47,822 nucleotides of DNA, from positions 1 to 47,822 of the forward strand of contig JAZOOV010000059.1 of the NCBI GenBank assembly GCA_045655215.1. The letters run 5' to 3'. Shown here one piece after another: positions 27,487-37,160 of the stretch (its first letter is position 1; the number at the start of each line of letters is the position of its first letter). Both the position numbers and the translations under genes were made by a program. This stretch comes from Christensenellaceae bacterium (GTDB lineage Bacteria; Bacillota; Clostridia; Christensenellales; Borkfalkiaceae). The notes beneath the pieces are model-generated. The model ran no database searches and was not told where the DNA came from. It saw only the letters and a list, made by a program, of their open reading frames with translations.

Positions 27487-27510
27487 CCAAGGGGCTAATT
27501 AGCCCCTTGG
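27487..27510 (+). terminator. Intercistronic hairpin (partial terminator/mRNA stabiliser) after the binding-protein gene
   Basis: Perfect palindrome ccaaggggcta-at-tagccccttgg followed by an AT-rich tract. Confidence 0.6.
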
Positions 27511-27570
27511 ATATATATTTTTAAATGCTTTGTAAAAAAGGCGAGTTATTAAGACTTTTTAAGGTAAATT

Positions 27571-29271
27571 ATGGCAATGGAACAAGAAAAAATGGCTGTT
27601 GTTAGTTTTTGTGGCATAACAAAGCAATTTGGAAAGGTTATAGCAAACAACAATATCACCTTTGACGTGTATGAGGGTGAAATATTATCTCTTCTTGGAG
27701 AAAACGGATCAGGCAAAACTACACTTATGAATATGCTTGACGGAATTTACTATCCCGATAAAGGAGAGATAAAGATAAGAGGAGAAAAAGCGAATATTCA
27801 GTCTCCTAAAGACGCCTTTGACTATAAAATAGGCATGGTGCACCAACATTTTAAATTGGTGGAAGTTTTTACTGCTTTACAAAATATCGCACTAGGGCTA
27901 AAAAAAGGCGAAAAATTTGATTTGAAAAAAATCCGTAAAGAAGTCGAAGAAATTTGCGAAAAGTACGGTTTTGAAATAGATTTAAATAAGAAAATTTACG
28001 ATATGGCAGTATCGGAAAAGCAAACCTTGGAAATCATAAAGGTTTTATATCGTGGAGCAGACATATTGATATTAGACGAGCCTACGGCAGTTTTAACCCC
28101 GCAGGAAATAAAAAGGCTTTTCGATATTTTGAGAAAGATGCGTGAAGATGGCAAGTCTATAATAATAATTACGCACAAACTCAACGAAGTTATGGAAATT
28201 TCGGACAGAGTTGCAATACTTAGAAAAGGTGAGTATATAACTACTGTTTCAACTGAAGAGACAAATGAAAAGCAACTTACCGAAATGATGGTAGGAAAGA
28301 AAGTAGAACTCAAAATTGAAAGGGTAAAAACAGATTTTGACAAGCCTTTGCTTGAGATTAGAGATCTATTTGTTGATGCAGATGATGGTAGTGACGCTAT
28401 AAAGGGCGTGAATTTTTATATTCGTGGTGGAGAAATACTCGGCGTTGCGGGGATTACTGGTTGTGGACAAAAAGAACTTTGCGAGGCGATTGCAGGGCTT
28501 AGAAAAGTCAAGAGTGGTTTAATTGCGCACAAAGGGGAAAGCATTATAGGGCTTCCGCCTAAGGTTATAATTGAAAAAGGGATATCAATGAGTTTTATCC
28601 CAGAAGATAGACTTGGTATGGGCTTAGCGCCATCAATGTCTGTCACTGACAACGTTATGCTCAAATCGTATGCAGACAACAAAGAGTATGCGCTTGATGA
28701 GAAAAAACTTATGTCTATGCCAAAAGGCAAAGCGTTTTTTGTTAAATCGTGGATTAAGATTAAAACTATTTTGGCTATGCCGTTTGTGGATAGAAAAAGA
28801 GCAAGAGATAAGGCAAAAGAATTAATACAAAAATTAGGTATAGCGACACCATCAACCGAAACTCCCGTTAGAAGACTCTCTGGAGGAAACGTTCAAAAGG
28901 TATTAGTAGGCAGAGAAATTGATGCGAATCCAAACGTTATAGTGACGGCTTATCCTGTTCGTGGATTAGATATTAACTCTTCATATCAAATATACGATAT
29001 ATTAAATGAACAAAAGCGAAAGGGCACGGGTATTTTATTTGTGGGTGAAGACCTAGACGTAATGCTTGCTCTTTGCGATAAGATAATGGTTTTATGCCAC
29101 GGAAAGAATATGGGTATAGTTCACGCAAGTAAAACCACTAAAGAAGAAATTGGACTTATGATGACGGGCTCACTCAACCTTTCGGAAACTAAGAATAAAG
29201 AGTACGGAAAAGCAAAAGATAGTAATCTTACCGACGAAGAGTGGGAAGATATAAAAAACACGATAAAGTAA
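27571..29271 (+). CDS. ABC transporter ATP-binding protein with duplicated NBDs (nucleoside/sugar importer type)
   Basis: 566 aa. First NBD has Walker A GENGSGKTT and Walker B ILILDEPTA. Second NBD has GITGCGQKE and signature LSGGNVQK. Confidence 0.9.
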   Translation: MAMEQEKMAVVSFCGITKQFGKVIANNNITFDVYEGEILSLLGENGSGKTTLMNMLDGIYYPDKGEIKIRGEKANIQSPKDAFDYKIGMVHQHFKLVEVFTALQNIALGLKKGEKFDLKKIRKEVEEICEKYGFEIDLNKKIYDMAVSEKQTLEIIKVLYRGADILILDEPTAVLTPQEIKRLFDILRKMREDGKSIIIITHKLNEVMEISDRVAILRKGEYITTVSTEETNEKQLTEMMVGKKVELKIERVKTDFDKPLLEIRDLFVDADDGSDAIKGVNFYIRGGEILGVAGITGCGQKELCEAIAGLRKVKSGLIAHKGESIIGLPPKVIIEKGISMSFIPEDRLGMGLAPSMSVTDNVMLKSYADNKEYALDEKKLMSMPKGKAFFVKSWIKIKTILAMPFVDRKRARDKAKELIQKLGIATPSTETPVRRLSGGNVQKVLVGREIDANPNVIVTAYPVRGLDINSSYQIYDILNEQKRKGTGILFVGEDLDVMLALCDKIMVLCHGKNMGIVHASKTTKEEIGLMMTGSLNLSETKNKEYGKAKDSNLTDEEWEDIKNTIK

Positions 29272-29284
29272 AGGGGGAAGAAAA

Positions 29285-30421
29285 ATGGCTGGAAAAACAA
29301 CGACCAAAGAACCTTTATTTCATATATCAAAAAGAGCGGAAACTTCTGCTTTAAGACAGGTTATGGCAAGGGTGCTTGCAATTTTAGCAGGACTTGCTTT
29401 CGGTGGCCTCGTTTATTTGATTGTTTATGGTAAAAGTCCTATAGATTTTGTAAGGTTTATATTTGAAGGAAATTTTCAACCAGCAACGAGAATTTGGGAA
29501 CTTTTAAAGGGAACGGCATTGCTTTTAGGCGTTGGTTTGGCGCTTATTCCCGCGTTCAAAATGAAGTTTTGGAATTTGGGTGGAAACGGGCAGGTGTTGA
29601 TTTCTGCGCTTGCGACAACGGCGTGCATGTTCTACTTGGGTGGCAAAATGCCTGACGGGTTGCTTTGGTGCATTATGACTGTAGCGGCAATTTTATCAAG
29701 CGTGATATGGGCGATAATTCCTGCGATATTTAAGGCTTTCTTCAATACTAACGAAAGTTTGTTTACTCTTATGATGAACTATATTGCTACAGGGCTAGTT
29801 GCTTTTGCTATTAAAGAGTGGGGAGGCGCAAATTCTTCTGGAACGTTAGATCCAATAGCAGAGGGGAATTTACCTGTTCTTGGCAACGATGCGGTTTTAA
29901 CAGTTTTAGTAGTAGTTTTGCTTGCAGTGTTTATTACAATCTATATGAAATACACAAAACAAGGCTACGAAATTTCTGTAGTAGGCGATAGTGAAAATAC
30001 TGCAAGATATGTTGGTATTAACGTTAAAAAGGTAATTATGAGAACCCTTGCTATTTCAGGAGCACTATGTGGTGTTGTTGGATTGTTGTTGGCGGGCGCA
30101 CTTAATCATAACGTTTCTACTACGTCGGCGAACAATATGGGATTTACGGCAATTATCGCCGTATGGGTTGCTAATATGGATCCACTTCTAACGGTGGCAT
30201 CTTCATTTGGCATTATGTTTTTGACGTACGGACTAAATAGGGTTAATCAAAACTTTGGTGTCACAAACGACGCTGTTTCTAATATGATAGTCGGCATGAT
30301 GTACTTGTTTATTGTCGCTTGTGTTTTCTTTACTACGTACAAGATAACCTTTAACACGAAGAGAAAGAAGGAAAACGCTAAAAAAGCCACTAAAACCGAC
30401 AAGGAGGAAGATTTGGCATGA
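29285..30421 (+). CDS. ABC transporter permease (BPD_transp_2 type)
   Basis: 378 aa, multi-TM. It follows the ATPase after 13 bp. NLGGNGQ motif. Confidence 0.85.
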   Translation: MAGKTTTKEPLFHISKRAETSALRQVMARVLAILAGLAFGGLVYLIVYGKSPIDFVRFIFEGNFQPATRIWELLKGTALLLGVGLALIPAFKMKFWNLGGNGQVLISALATTACMFYLGGKMPDGLLWCIMTVAAILSSVIWAIIPAIFKAFFNTNESLFTLMMNYIATGLVAFAIKEWGGANSSGTLDPIAEGNLPVLGNDAVLTVLVVVLLAVFITIYMKYTKQGYEISVVGDSENTARYVGINVKKVIMRTLAISGALCGVVGLLLAGALNHNVSTTSANNMGFTAIIAVWVANMDPLLTVASSFGIMFLTYGLNRVNQNFGVTNDAVSNMIVGMMYLFIVACVFFTTYKITFNTKRKKENAKKATKTDKEEDLA

Positions 30422-31380
30422 TAATGGGTATTCTAGTTGGAGCAATAAGCATGGGAGTAATTTTCCTATTGGGTTCAATTGGCGAAATTATTACTGAAAA
30501 ATCGGGACATCTAAATCTTGGTATTCCAGGAATTATGTGTTTAGGCACGGCAGGAGGATGTTTTGGTGTATCTCTTTATGCAAACTCTACGGGTAATATG
30601 CAATGGATACTTCTAATATTAATTCCTATATTCTTTGCAATTTTATTTTCCGCGTTTGGTGGGCTAATTTATGCCTTTTTAACCGTTTCGTTTAGAGTAA
30701 ATCAAAATGTTGTAGGCTTAGCATTAACGACCTTCGGTGCAGGTTTTGCTCAATTTTTTATGGATAAATTTGTAGATACCATACGATTTTCCAAGGCAAG
30801 CAAAATTATTAGAACGCCCTTGCCTTTTGCCGAAAATCTTGGTTGGTTTGGGGAGCTGTTCTTCTCTTACGGGTTTTTAGTGTATTTAGCGATTATAATT
30901 GCCGTCGTTGCGGCTATTGTTTTGAAAAGAACTAAGATAGGCTTAAATCTCCGTGCGGTAGGGGAAAACCCTGCAACGGCTGATGCAGCGGGTATAAACG
31001 TTGTTGCATATAAATATGGCGCAATTTTAATAGGTTCTGCAATAGCTGGGCTAGGTGGTCTTTTATACGTTATGGAGTATAACAGGGGAACGTTTGACAA
31101 CACTTCAACAATTCAGGCGTTTGGTTGGCTTGCAATAGCCCTCGTTATATTTTCAATGTGGAAGCCTGATTTATGTATTTTAGGTTCAATTGTTTTCGGT
31201 GGTTTATATATTTTAGGATTTAAGCTTACAGGGTTGCCATCGCTTGGCGTTCAAGAACTTATAAAACTTCTTCCCTACGTGGTGACGGTAATAGTGCTTA
31301 TTATCACTAGCGTTTTAGATAGCAAAGAAAATCAACCGCCGGCATCTCTAGGGCTTAACTACTTTAGAGAAGATAGGTAG
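30418..31380 (+). CDS. ABC transporter permease (BPD_transp_2 type)
   Basis: 320 aa, multi-TM. ATGA overlap with the preceding permease. IGEIITEKSGHLNLGIPG motif. Confidence 0.85.
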   Translation: MIMGILVGAISMGVIFLLGSIGEIITEKSGHLNLGIPGIMCLGTAGGCFGVSLYANSTGNMQWILLILIPIFFAILFSAFGGLIYAFLTVSFRVNQNVVGLALTTFGAGFAQFFMDKFVDTIRFSKASKIIRTPLPFAENLGWFGELFFSYGFLVYLAIIIAVVAAIVLKRTKIGLNLRAVGENPATADAAGINVVAYKYGAILIGSAIAGLGGLLYVMEYNRGTFDNTSTIQAFGWLAIALVIFSMWKPDLCILGSIVFGGLYILGFKLTGLPSLGVQELIKLLPYVVTVIVLIITSVLDSKENQPPASLGLNYFREDR

Positions 31381-31414
31381 GACTAAAAAAGTAAAAATAA
31401 CTTTAAAAATTAAA

Positions 31415-31439
31415 AACCCGAAGGAAAATCCTTCGGGTT
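31415..31439. terminator. Bidirectional intrinsic terminator
   Basis: Hairpin cccgaagga/tccttcggg with loop aaa, flanked by A and T runs. Confidence 0.8.
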
Positions 31440-31456
31440 TATCTTTTAACTTTTTA

Positions 31457-31885
31457 TTATCTGTTGTAGATTTTTTCGAGTAAGGCGATTTCTTCAGCAG
31501 TTGCTTCGCCGTCAGCAGTAATGATAAGTATACCTAAGGTGACAATGTTAACTGCTACGTCAACAGGAGCAGAGTCAACCAATTCGTCCATCTTAGCAAC
31601 AAATTCTTTGTCAGAGCCATAGTTGGTTAAGTTAAAGAAAGCGTCGGTATCGATATCTAAATCGAATAGTTTAATGAATAAATCATATTCGTCACGTCTT
31701 GCCTTTCTGTCTGCAGAAACGAAGAGTTTGAAGATGTTAATTAATAAATTAGTGATATCTTCTGTTTTGATATCGATTGCTTTTAAATCTGCAATTAATT
31801 TAGAGGTTATATCTTTAGCGATAGAAACTCTATTTTCCATAGTTAAAACTTTACTTTTTTCAATTAGTTCGTTAATAGCACTCAT
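31457..31885 (-). CDS. TerB-like small helical protein (tentative)
   Basis: 142 aa, all-helical and acidic. FVSADRKARRDEYDLF and ITADGEATAEEIALLEKI resemble TerB-family repeats. Assigned by eye only. Confidence 0.4.
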   Translation of the reverse strand: MSAINELIEKSKVLTMENRVSIAKDITSKLIADLKAIDIKTEDITNLLINIFKLFVSADRKARRDEYDLFIKLFDLDIDTDAFFNLTNYGSDKEFVAKMDELVDSAPVDVAVNIVTLGILIITADGEATAEEIALLEKIYNR

Positions 31886-32059
31886 TTTTTTACCTTAGCA
31901 TAATCCGTCTTGACCAAATTATGCTCCTCCTACTTAAATTATAATTTTCAAGACACAATATATTATATTGTAAAAAATTAAAAAAATCAAGGGGTTTTTA
32001 AAAATTTATTTCAAGGTAAAGATTGGATAAAAAAAGAGAAAAAAATTTCAAAAAAGGTA

Positions 32060-32190
32060 TTGACAAAAAGAAAAAACGTATAATAAAATATAGGTAGATC
32101 AAAGTTGCAAATAGTTTCGATTGCAATTGTTTTCAAACTAAATACCTTTCTAGTTAAAAGAAGAGACGATTTTTCGTCTCTTCTTTTCAT
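32060..32190 (+). ncRNA. Orphan promoter plus candidate ~95-nt small RNA ending at the AraC-gene bidirectional terminator
   Basis: TTGACA (32060-32065), 18-nt spacer, TAAAAT (32084-32089). Downstream are a TTGCAA...TTGCAA hairpin (32104-32126) and the terminator gagacga-tttt-tcgtctc with a T-rich tail. There is no ORF. Confidence 0.3.
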
Positions 32191-33077
32191 TATGGCAAAA
32201 TAGAGTCTTTGTATTCTTTGGGGGACATTTTGGTATACTTTTTAAACACTATTGAAAAGTATTGAGGTGTGTCGAAACCAAGCATATCCGAAACTTGCGA
32301 AAAGTTATAGTTTTTCTCACGAATTAGCCTTTTGGCTTCCTTTATTTTTAGCCTGTTAAAATAATCCATTATTCCGTGCTTTTTAAATGAAGAAAAAGTC
32401 TTTTTAATAGTGCTTGGGCTTTTTCCCAAAAGGTCTGCAATTTTATCAATAGAGAGTTTTGCGTAAACGTTGTTTTCTAAAAAGTCGATAATCTCTTTTA
32501 CGTCGTGGGGAATAGTTGCCCCGTCGAACATATAGTTATATCTTTCCTTTTTATCTAAACTATCCTTGTGGCGAGATAGCCCTATGAGTAGACACTCTAA
32601 AAGATTTTTTGTCATTTGACTACTGCCAAAAGGGGCAGAATCTAACTTAATTAGTTGTTGCAAAAGCGGGTTTTTTTGATCCACCATAGAGTAGCAAGAA
32701 AGCCCCTCTTCTATAAGCATAGAGAGAGTGTTTTTTTCGGCTAATGAAAGTTTAAAAATCTTGCCTTTAAAATAGTTCATAGCAGGGCTCTTGCAGTCAA
32801 AAGTTATAATTGAAACGTTGGGTGCAACGTTCTTGTTAGCCGAAAGATTGTGAAATTCGTTGGGCTTATGAAAAGTTAATTCTCCACCTTTTAACACGAA
32901 TTGCTTGGTGTCTGCCGTGCAAATAACTTCGCCCTTGTCAACGTACACCATTTCCCAAAAATCGTGCCTTTCGCCCTCGTAGGAAAAGTCTTTGGAGAAT
33001 TCCATATAGAAAATGGTGATAATACTATCAATATTGAATACTTTTTTGAATTTTTGCCTTATAAAATTATCTTTCAT
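32190..33077 (-). CDS. AraC family transcriptional regulator (cupin sensor + HTH)
   Basis: 295 aa. N-terminal cupin-like domain (HDFWEMVYV, FHKPNEFH) and C-terminal AraC HTH (GFDTPQYFSIVFKKYTKMSPKEY). Divergent from the sugar operon. Confidence 0.9.
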   Translation of the reverse strand: MKDNFIRQKFKKVFNIDSIITIFYMEFSKDFSYEGERHDFWEMVYVDKGEVICTADTKQFVLKGGELTFHKPNEFHNLSANKNVAPNVSIITFDCKSPAMNYFKGKIFKLSLAEKNTLSMLIEEGLSCYSMVDQKNPLLQQLIKLDSAPFGSSQMTKNLLECLLIGLSRHKDSLDKKERYNYMFDGATIPHDVKEIIDFLENNVYAKLSIDKIADLLGKSPSTIKKTFSSFKKHGIMDYFNRLKIKEAKRLIREKNYNFSQVSDMLGFDTPQYFSIVFKKYTKMSPKEYKDSILP

Positions 33078-33183
33078 AAAAATATCCCCGTGTCTAATAT
33101 TATAAGTATTATACCCGATTTTCTATTGATTGGCAATTAAATAAAGTATATAATTATTAAAAGATAAAAAAGGAGACTATTAT

Positions 33184-33894
33184 ATGTATACCGTATTAGT
33201 TATTTCTTGTCATCCCGACGATATGGAAATCGCTTGTGCAGGAACGCTATTAAAGTGCAAAGAAAGGGGGGATAGGGTAGTAGTTTGTCACCTTTCGAGT
33301 GGAAATTTAGGACACGTAATTATTCCACCTGAAGAACTAATTAAGATTAGAAGAGAAGAGGCTAGAAAAAGTGCTGAAGATATCGGTGGCTTTGAAGTTA
33401 TGTGGGGTGGATTTCACGATTTAGACATCTACGACAATAATAAAGAGGCTAGAGATAAGGTGGTTGACGTGATTAAAAAAGTTAACCCAGACTTTATTAT
33501 AACCCACGCTCCTAACGACTATATGCCAGACCATACTGCAGTTTCAAGATTAGTTTTTGACGCAAGTTTTACGGCAACTCTTCCAAACTATAAAAGCAAG
33601 GTAGAAGGGGCTGCAAGATTAGTTCCAATTTACTATATGGATACTCTTGCAGGGGTGGATTTTAACCCAACCGAATACGTAGACGTTAGCAAATATATCG
33701 ACAAAAAATTAGAAATGCTTAACTGCCACGAATCGCAAATCGTTTGGATGCGTGACCACGACCATATAGATTTTCCAGACATGGTAAAAACTTGCTGTAA
33801 ATATCGTGGATATCAATGTGGAGTAGAATACGCAGAGGGCTTTACCCAATGCAACGTATACTTAAAAGGAACGGCTAAGAGATTATTGCCGTAG
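33184..33894 (+). CDS. PIG-L/LmbE family N-deacetylase
   Basis: 236 aa. VLVISCHPDDMEIACAGTL (HPDD metal motif) and MPDH (HPDH-like). Promoter TTGATT-17-TATAAT lies upstream. Confidence 0.85.
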   Translation: MYTVLVISCHPDDMEIACAGTLLKCKERGDRVVVCHLSSGNLGHVIIPPEELIKIRREEARKSAEDIGGFEVMWGGFHDLDIYDNNKEARDKVVDVIKKVNPDFIITHAPNDYMPDHTAVSRLVFDASFTATLPNYKSKVEGAARLVPIYYMDTLAGVDFNPTEYVDVSKYIDKKLEMLNCHESQIVWMRDHDHIDFPDMVKTCCKYRGYQCGVEYAEGFTQCNVYLKGTAKRLLP

Positions 33895-33930
33895 AAATTG
33901 ATAAAAAATATAAAATAAGGAGAAAATATT

Positions 33931-34878
33931 ATGAATTTTAATTCAACCGTAAAGGGAAGTGCTTTAGAAAACTTCTATCCAGAAGGCTGGGATTTTGACA
34001 AGATTGATGCGTGTATCGACGCACCTGAAAACATTTTAGTTCGTCAAGAACATTGGAACAAGGATTTTAATCCTATTATGTGTGAAAGTTTAAGTGATTT
34101 TGAAACCTATATGGGACACGAAATTGCTAACCAAATTAAACTTGCAAAAGAAAAGAAAGAAAAAATTGCTTTCATTTTGCCCGTAGGCCCTATGGGTATG
34201 TATAAATGGGTAGTATACTTTCTAAAAGAGTGGAAAATTTCTTGCGAACACGTTTACACTTTCAATATGGACGAATGGGCTGATAGCGAAGGAAACACTT
34301 TGTCTTCAGACAACACGGGTTCTTTCCAATACGCAATGGAACAAGCGCTATTCAATCCACTCGGCGAATTGACCGTTCCAAAGGAACAAAGAAACTTTGC
34401 AACCAAAGAAAATTTACCAACCTATCCAGAAAAGATTAAGGCGTTAAAAGCGCAAGGCGCAAAACTAGTTTTAGTTTACGGAATTGGTAGAATGTGCCAC
34501 ATTGCCTTCTGGGAGCCAACCTTTGCCGCAGATTATAAAACGGCAAAAGAGTGGGAACAAGCACCTTATAGAATCGCTGCTAAAATTCACCCACTAACCG
34601 TTGAACAAAACGCATTGACTAGTTTTAAGTCTAGAACGACCTTAGTTCCTTGTAGAGCAAACACCATTGGACCTGGCTTATTCCTACAAGCAGACTATGC
34701 AATCGGTGGTGCAGATGGACTATTAGGAAGAGGTATGCAATGGCAAGGTATGTCACTTTGGATGACCTTAAGATACGGCAAAACTCCTTGGATTACGTCT
34801 TCTTATATTCCAACCTTAAAGGGCAAACTATTCTTCTTAAAAGAACTAGCAGGTCCATTAACTGCTGAGTGCAACTAA
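33931..34878 (+). CDS. Glucosamine-6-phosphate deaminase/isomerase (NagB/SugarP_isomerase) family protein, divergent
   Basis: 315 aa. FILPVGPMG and FNMDEW (compare the NagB FNLDEY motif). A ~70-aa N-terminal extension is not typical of NagB. Confidence 0.65.
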   Translation: MNFNSTVKGSALENFYPEGWDFDKIDACIDAPENILVRQEHWNKDFNPIMCESLSDFETYMGHEIANQIKLAKEKKEKIAFILPVGPMGMYKWVVYFLKEWKISCEHVYTFNMDEWADSEGNTLSSDNTGSFQYAMEQALFNPLGELTVPKEQRNFATKENLPTYPEKIKALKAQGAKLVLVYGIGRMCHIAFWEPTFAADYKTAKEWEQAPYRIAAKIHPLTVEQNALTSFKSRTTLVPCRANTIGPGLFLQADYAIGGADGLLGRGMQWQGMSLWMTLRYGKTPWITSSYIPTLKGKLFFLKELAGPLTAECN

Positions 34879-34896
34879 TATTATAAAAGGTATATT

Positions 34897-36114
34897 ATGA
34901 AAAAATTTATAATGTACGGAGCGGGAAACATTGGCCGTGGTTTTATCGGCCAAGTGTTTTCTAATAACGGCTATAAAGTCGGCTTCGTTGATATAAACAA
35001 AGAAGTTATCGCTAAACTTAACCAAGACAAGTGCTACCCTGTAGACGTTGTTAGTAGCGACGGCGTGGTGGAGCAAATGGTAGAAAACGTTTATGGAATT
35101 GACGGAACGGACTTAGAACTCGTTGCCGAAGAGATTGCATCTGCCGATATTATGGCAACTGCAATCGGCGTTAACGTTTTAAAGTTTATTGCTAAGCCAA
35201 TTTCACTAGGATTAAAGAAGAGATTTGAAAGCGATAAAAAACCTTTTAACATTATCATTTGCGAAAATTTAATTGGGGCAGACGAGTTTTTAAGAAACTT
35301 AATTATCGAACAAATTCCCGAATATAAGGATAGAATACTAAACGAGATAGGCTTTGTTGAAGCGAGCATTGGCAGAATGGTGCCGGTTGTTCCAGAAGAA
35401 AAGAAAAAGGAAAACTTTTTAAGAGTTTTCGTTGAGCCTTATAATATTCTACCCGTAGATAAAGATGCGTTTAAGGGTGAAATTCCTGAAATTTCTAATC
35501 TTTATCCATATTCGCCATTTAACTTATTTATTCAAAGAAAACTCTTTATGCACAATATGAGCCACGCTTTGTGCGCTTATCTTGGCAAGTTAAGGGGATA
35601 CGAATACATTTATCAAGCAGTAAACGATTACGATATTAAAATGGTTGCCTATAAAGCACTCGTTCAATCGGCAGAAGCCGTTGCTAAAGAAAACGGCGTA
35701 GAAATTTTTGACCTTTTGGCACACGCAGAAAATTTACTATATAGATTTTCTAACGTGGCTCTAGGCGATACTGTTAGAAGAGTTGGCAAAGATACAAAGC
35801 GTAAACTTTCTTCTAACGATAGACTAATTGGGGCTATTAAACTTGCAGATAAGTTTGACGTTCCTAACCACTACTTGTGCTTAGGCGTTGCTGCTGGTAT
35901 GCATTTTTCTTTTGAGGACGACGCTAATAGTATTGAAGTAAAAGAGTTTGCTAAAAACAACGGAGCAAAAGAAACTCTTGTTAAATACTGCGATTACTCT
36001 GGAAAAATGACCGACTTGATTTGTACATTGTATCAAAAGATTGCAGATGGAGAAAAGGTGGAAACGCTTATTAAATACTGTGAAGGTTTAATTGGTAGTA
36101 AAATAAGGGCGTAA
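34897..36114 (+). CDS. Mannitol-1-phosphate 5-dehydrogenase family oxidoreductase
   Basis: 405 aa. N-terminus MKKFIMYGAGNIGRGFIGQVF..GY.V.FVDIN closely follows the MtlD Rossmann motif. Confidence 0.8.
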   Translation: MKKFIMYGAGNIGRGFIGQVFSNNGYKVGFVDINKEVIAKLNQDKCYPVDVVSSDGVVEQMVENVYGIDGTDLELVAEEIASADIMATAIGVNVLKFIAKPISLGLKKRFESDKKPFNIIICENLIGADEFLRNLIIEQIPEYKDRILNEIGFVEASIGRMVPVVPEEKKKENFLRVFVEPYNILPVDKDAFKGEIPEISNLYPYSPFNLFIQRKLFMHNMSHALCAYLGKLRGYEYIYQAVNDYDIKMVAYKALVQSAEAVAKENGVEIFDLLAHAENLLYRFSNVALGDTVRRVGKDTKRKLSSNDRLIGAIKLADKFDVPNHYLCLGVAAGMHFSFEDDANSIEVKEFAKNNGAKETLVKYCDYSGKMTDLICTLYQKIADGEKVETLIKYCEGLIGSKIRA

Positions 36115-36117
36115 AAA

Positions 36118-37113
36118 ATGAAAAAAGGAATTGCTATTGCCGGGAATATCTTGGCAGACAACGTAAAAATGGTGGAAGAATACCCTAAAAAGGGCATGCT
36201 TGCCACGATAACCGAAGAAGAAAAAGCCGTTGGTGGTTGCGTTTGCAACACAGGAATAGACCTAAAAAGATTAAACCCCGACTTAGAAGTTAAGGCTTAC
36301 GGAAGAATAGGTGACGACGATAACGGAAAATACGTTTTATCCGTTATGCAAAGAGAAGGTATGAACTGCGAAAACGTTAAGGTGAGTTCTAACCTTTTAA
36401 CTAGTTATTCGGACGTAATTACCGTTAAGGGAACGGGTGAGAGAACTTTTTTCCACAATCGTGGAGCAAACAAGGCGTTTTGCGAAGATGACGTTGACGT
36501 AGAAAGTCTTGACTGCGACCTTTTCCACATAGGCTATCTAATGCTTTTAGACTATTTTGACACCGTTTTAGAAGACGGCTCTACACCTATGGCAAGACTC
36601 TTAAAAAGGGTTAGAGAAAAGGGCATAAAAACTTCTATCGACGTGGTTAGTGAATCTTCTGGAAGATTTAATCAAGTGGTTAGTTCTGCCCTAAAGTATT
36701 GTGATTACGTTATCGTAAACGAGATTGAAGCAGGCGCTATTGCAGGCGTTGAAGTTAGAGATACAGAAGAAAACCTTATTGAAGACGGAATTTTTAAGGC
36801 TATGCAAACCCTTTTAGATATGGGTGTTAAGGAAAAAGTGGTAGTTCATTGTCCCGAAAAAGCCTTTTGCTTAACTAAGGACGGAAAATTTACCACCGTA
36901 AACTCTATTAAACTTAAAAAGGGATTCATTAAAGGTAGCGTAGGCGCAGGCGACGCGTTCTGCGCAGGCTGTCTATACTCAATCTATTCTGGCTACGAGG
37001 ACGATAAGATGCTAGAACTTGCAAATCTCGTTGCCGTTAATTGCCTGTCCCAAAAAGATTCCATTAGTGGAGTGAGAAAAATCGAGGACTTACGTAAAGT
37101 TTTGGAAAAGTAA
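36118..37113 (+). CDS. PfkB family carbohydrate kinase
   Basis: 331 aa. GGCVCNTG near the N-terminus and the anion-hole motif GAGDAFCAG. Confidence 0.85.
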   Translation: MKKGIAIAGNILADNVKMVEEYPKKGMLATITEEEKAVGGCVCNTGIDLKRLNPDLEVKAYGRIGDDDNGKYVLSVMQREGMNCENVKVSSNLLTSYSDVITVKGTGERTFFHNRGANKAFCEDDVDVESLDCDLFHIGYLMLLDYFDTVLEDGSTPMARLLKRVREKGIKTSIDVVSESSGRFNQVVSSALKYCDYVIVNEIEAGAIAGVEVRDTEENLIEDGIFKAMQTLLDMGVKEKVVVHCPEKAFCLTKDGKFTTVNSIKLKKGFIKGSVGAGDAFCAGCLYSIYSGYEDDKMLELANLVAVNCLSQKDSISGVRKIEDLRKVLEK

Positions 37114-37120
37114 TAAAAAG

Positions 37121-37140
37121 AGCCAACCGAAAGGTTGGCT
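37121..37140. terminator. Bidirectional intrinsic terminator
   Basis: Hairpin agccaacc-gaaa-ggttggct followed by TTTT. Confidence 0.8.
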
Positions 37141-37160
37141 TTTAACATAAGGAAAAATTT

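Noticed and set aside
27571-29271. The ABC ATPase is about 50 aa longer than typical, with an extra segment in the second NBD and an acidic C-terminal tail.
   Set aside because: I cannot judge its significance without alignments. All the catalytic motifs I could identify by eye (Walker A, Walker B, signature) look intact, so this is probably lineage-specific decoration.
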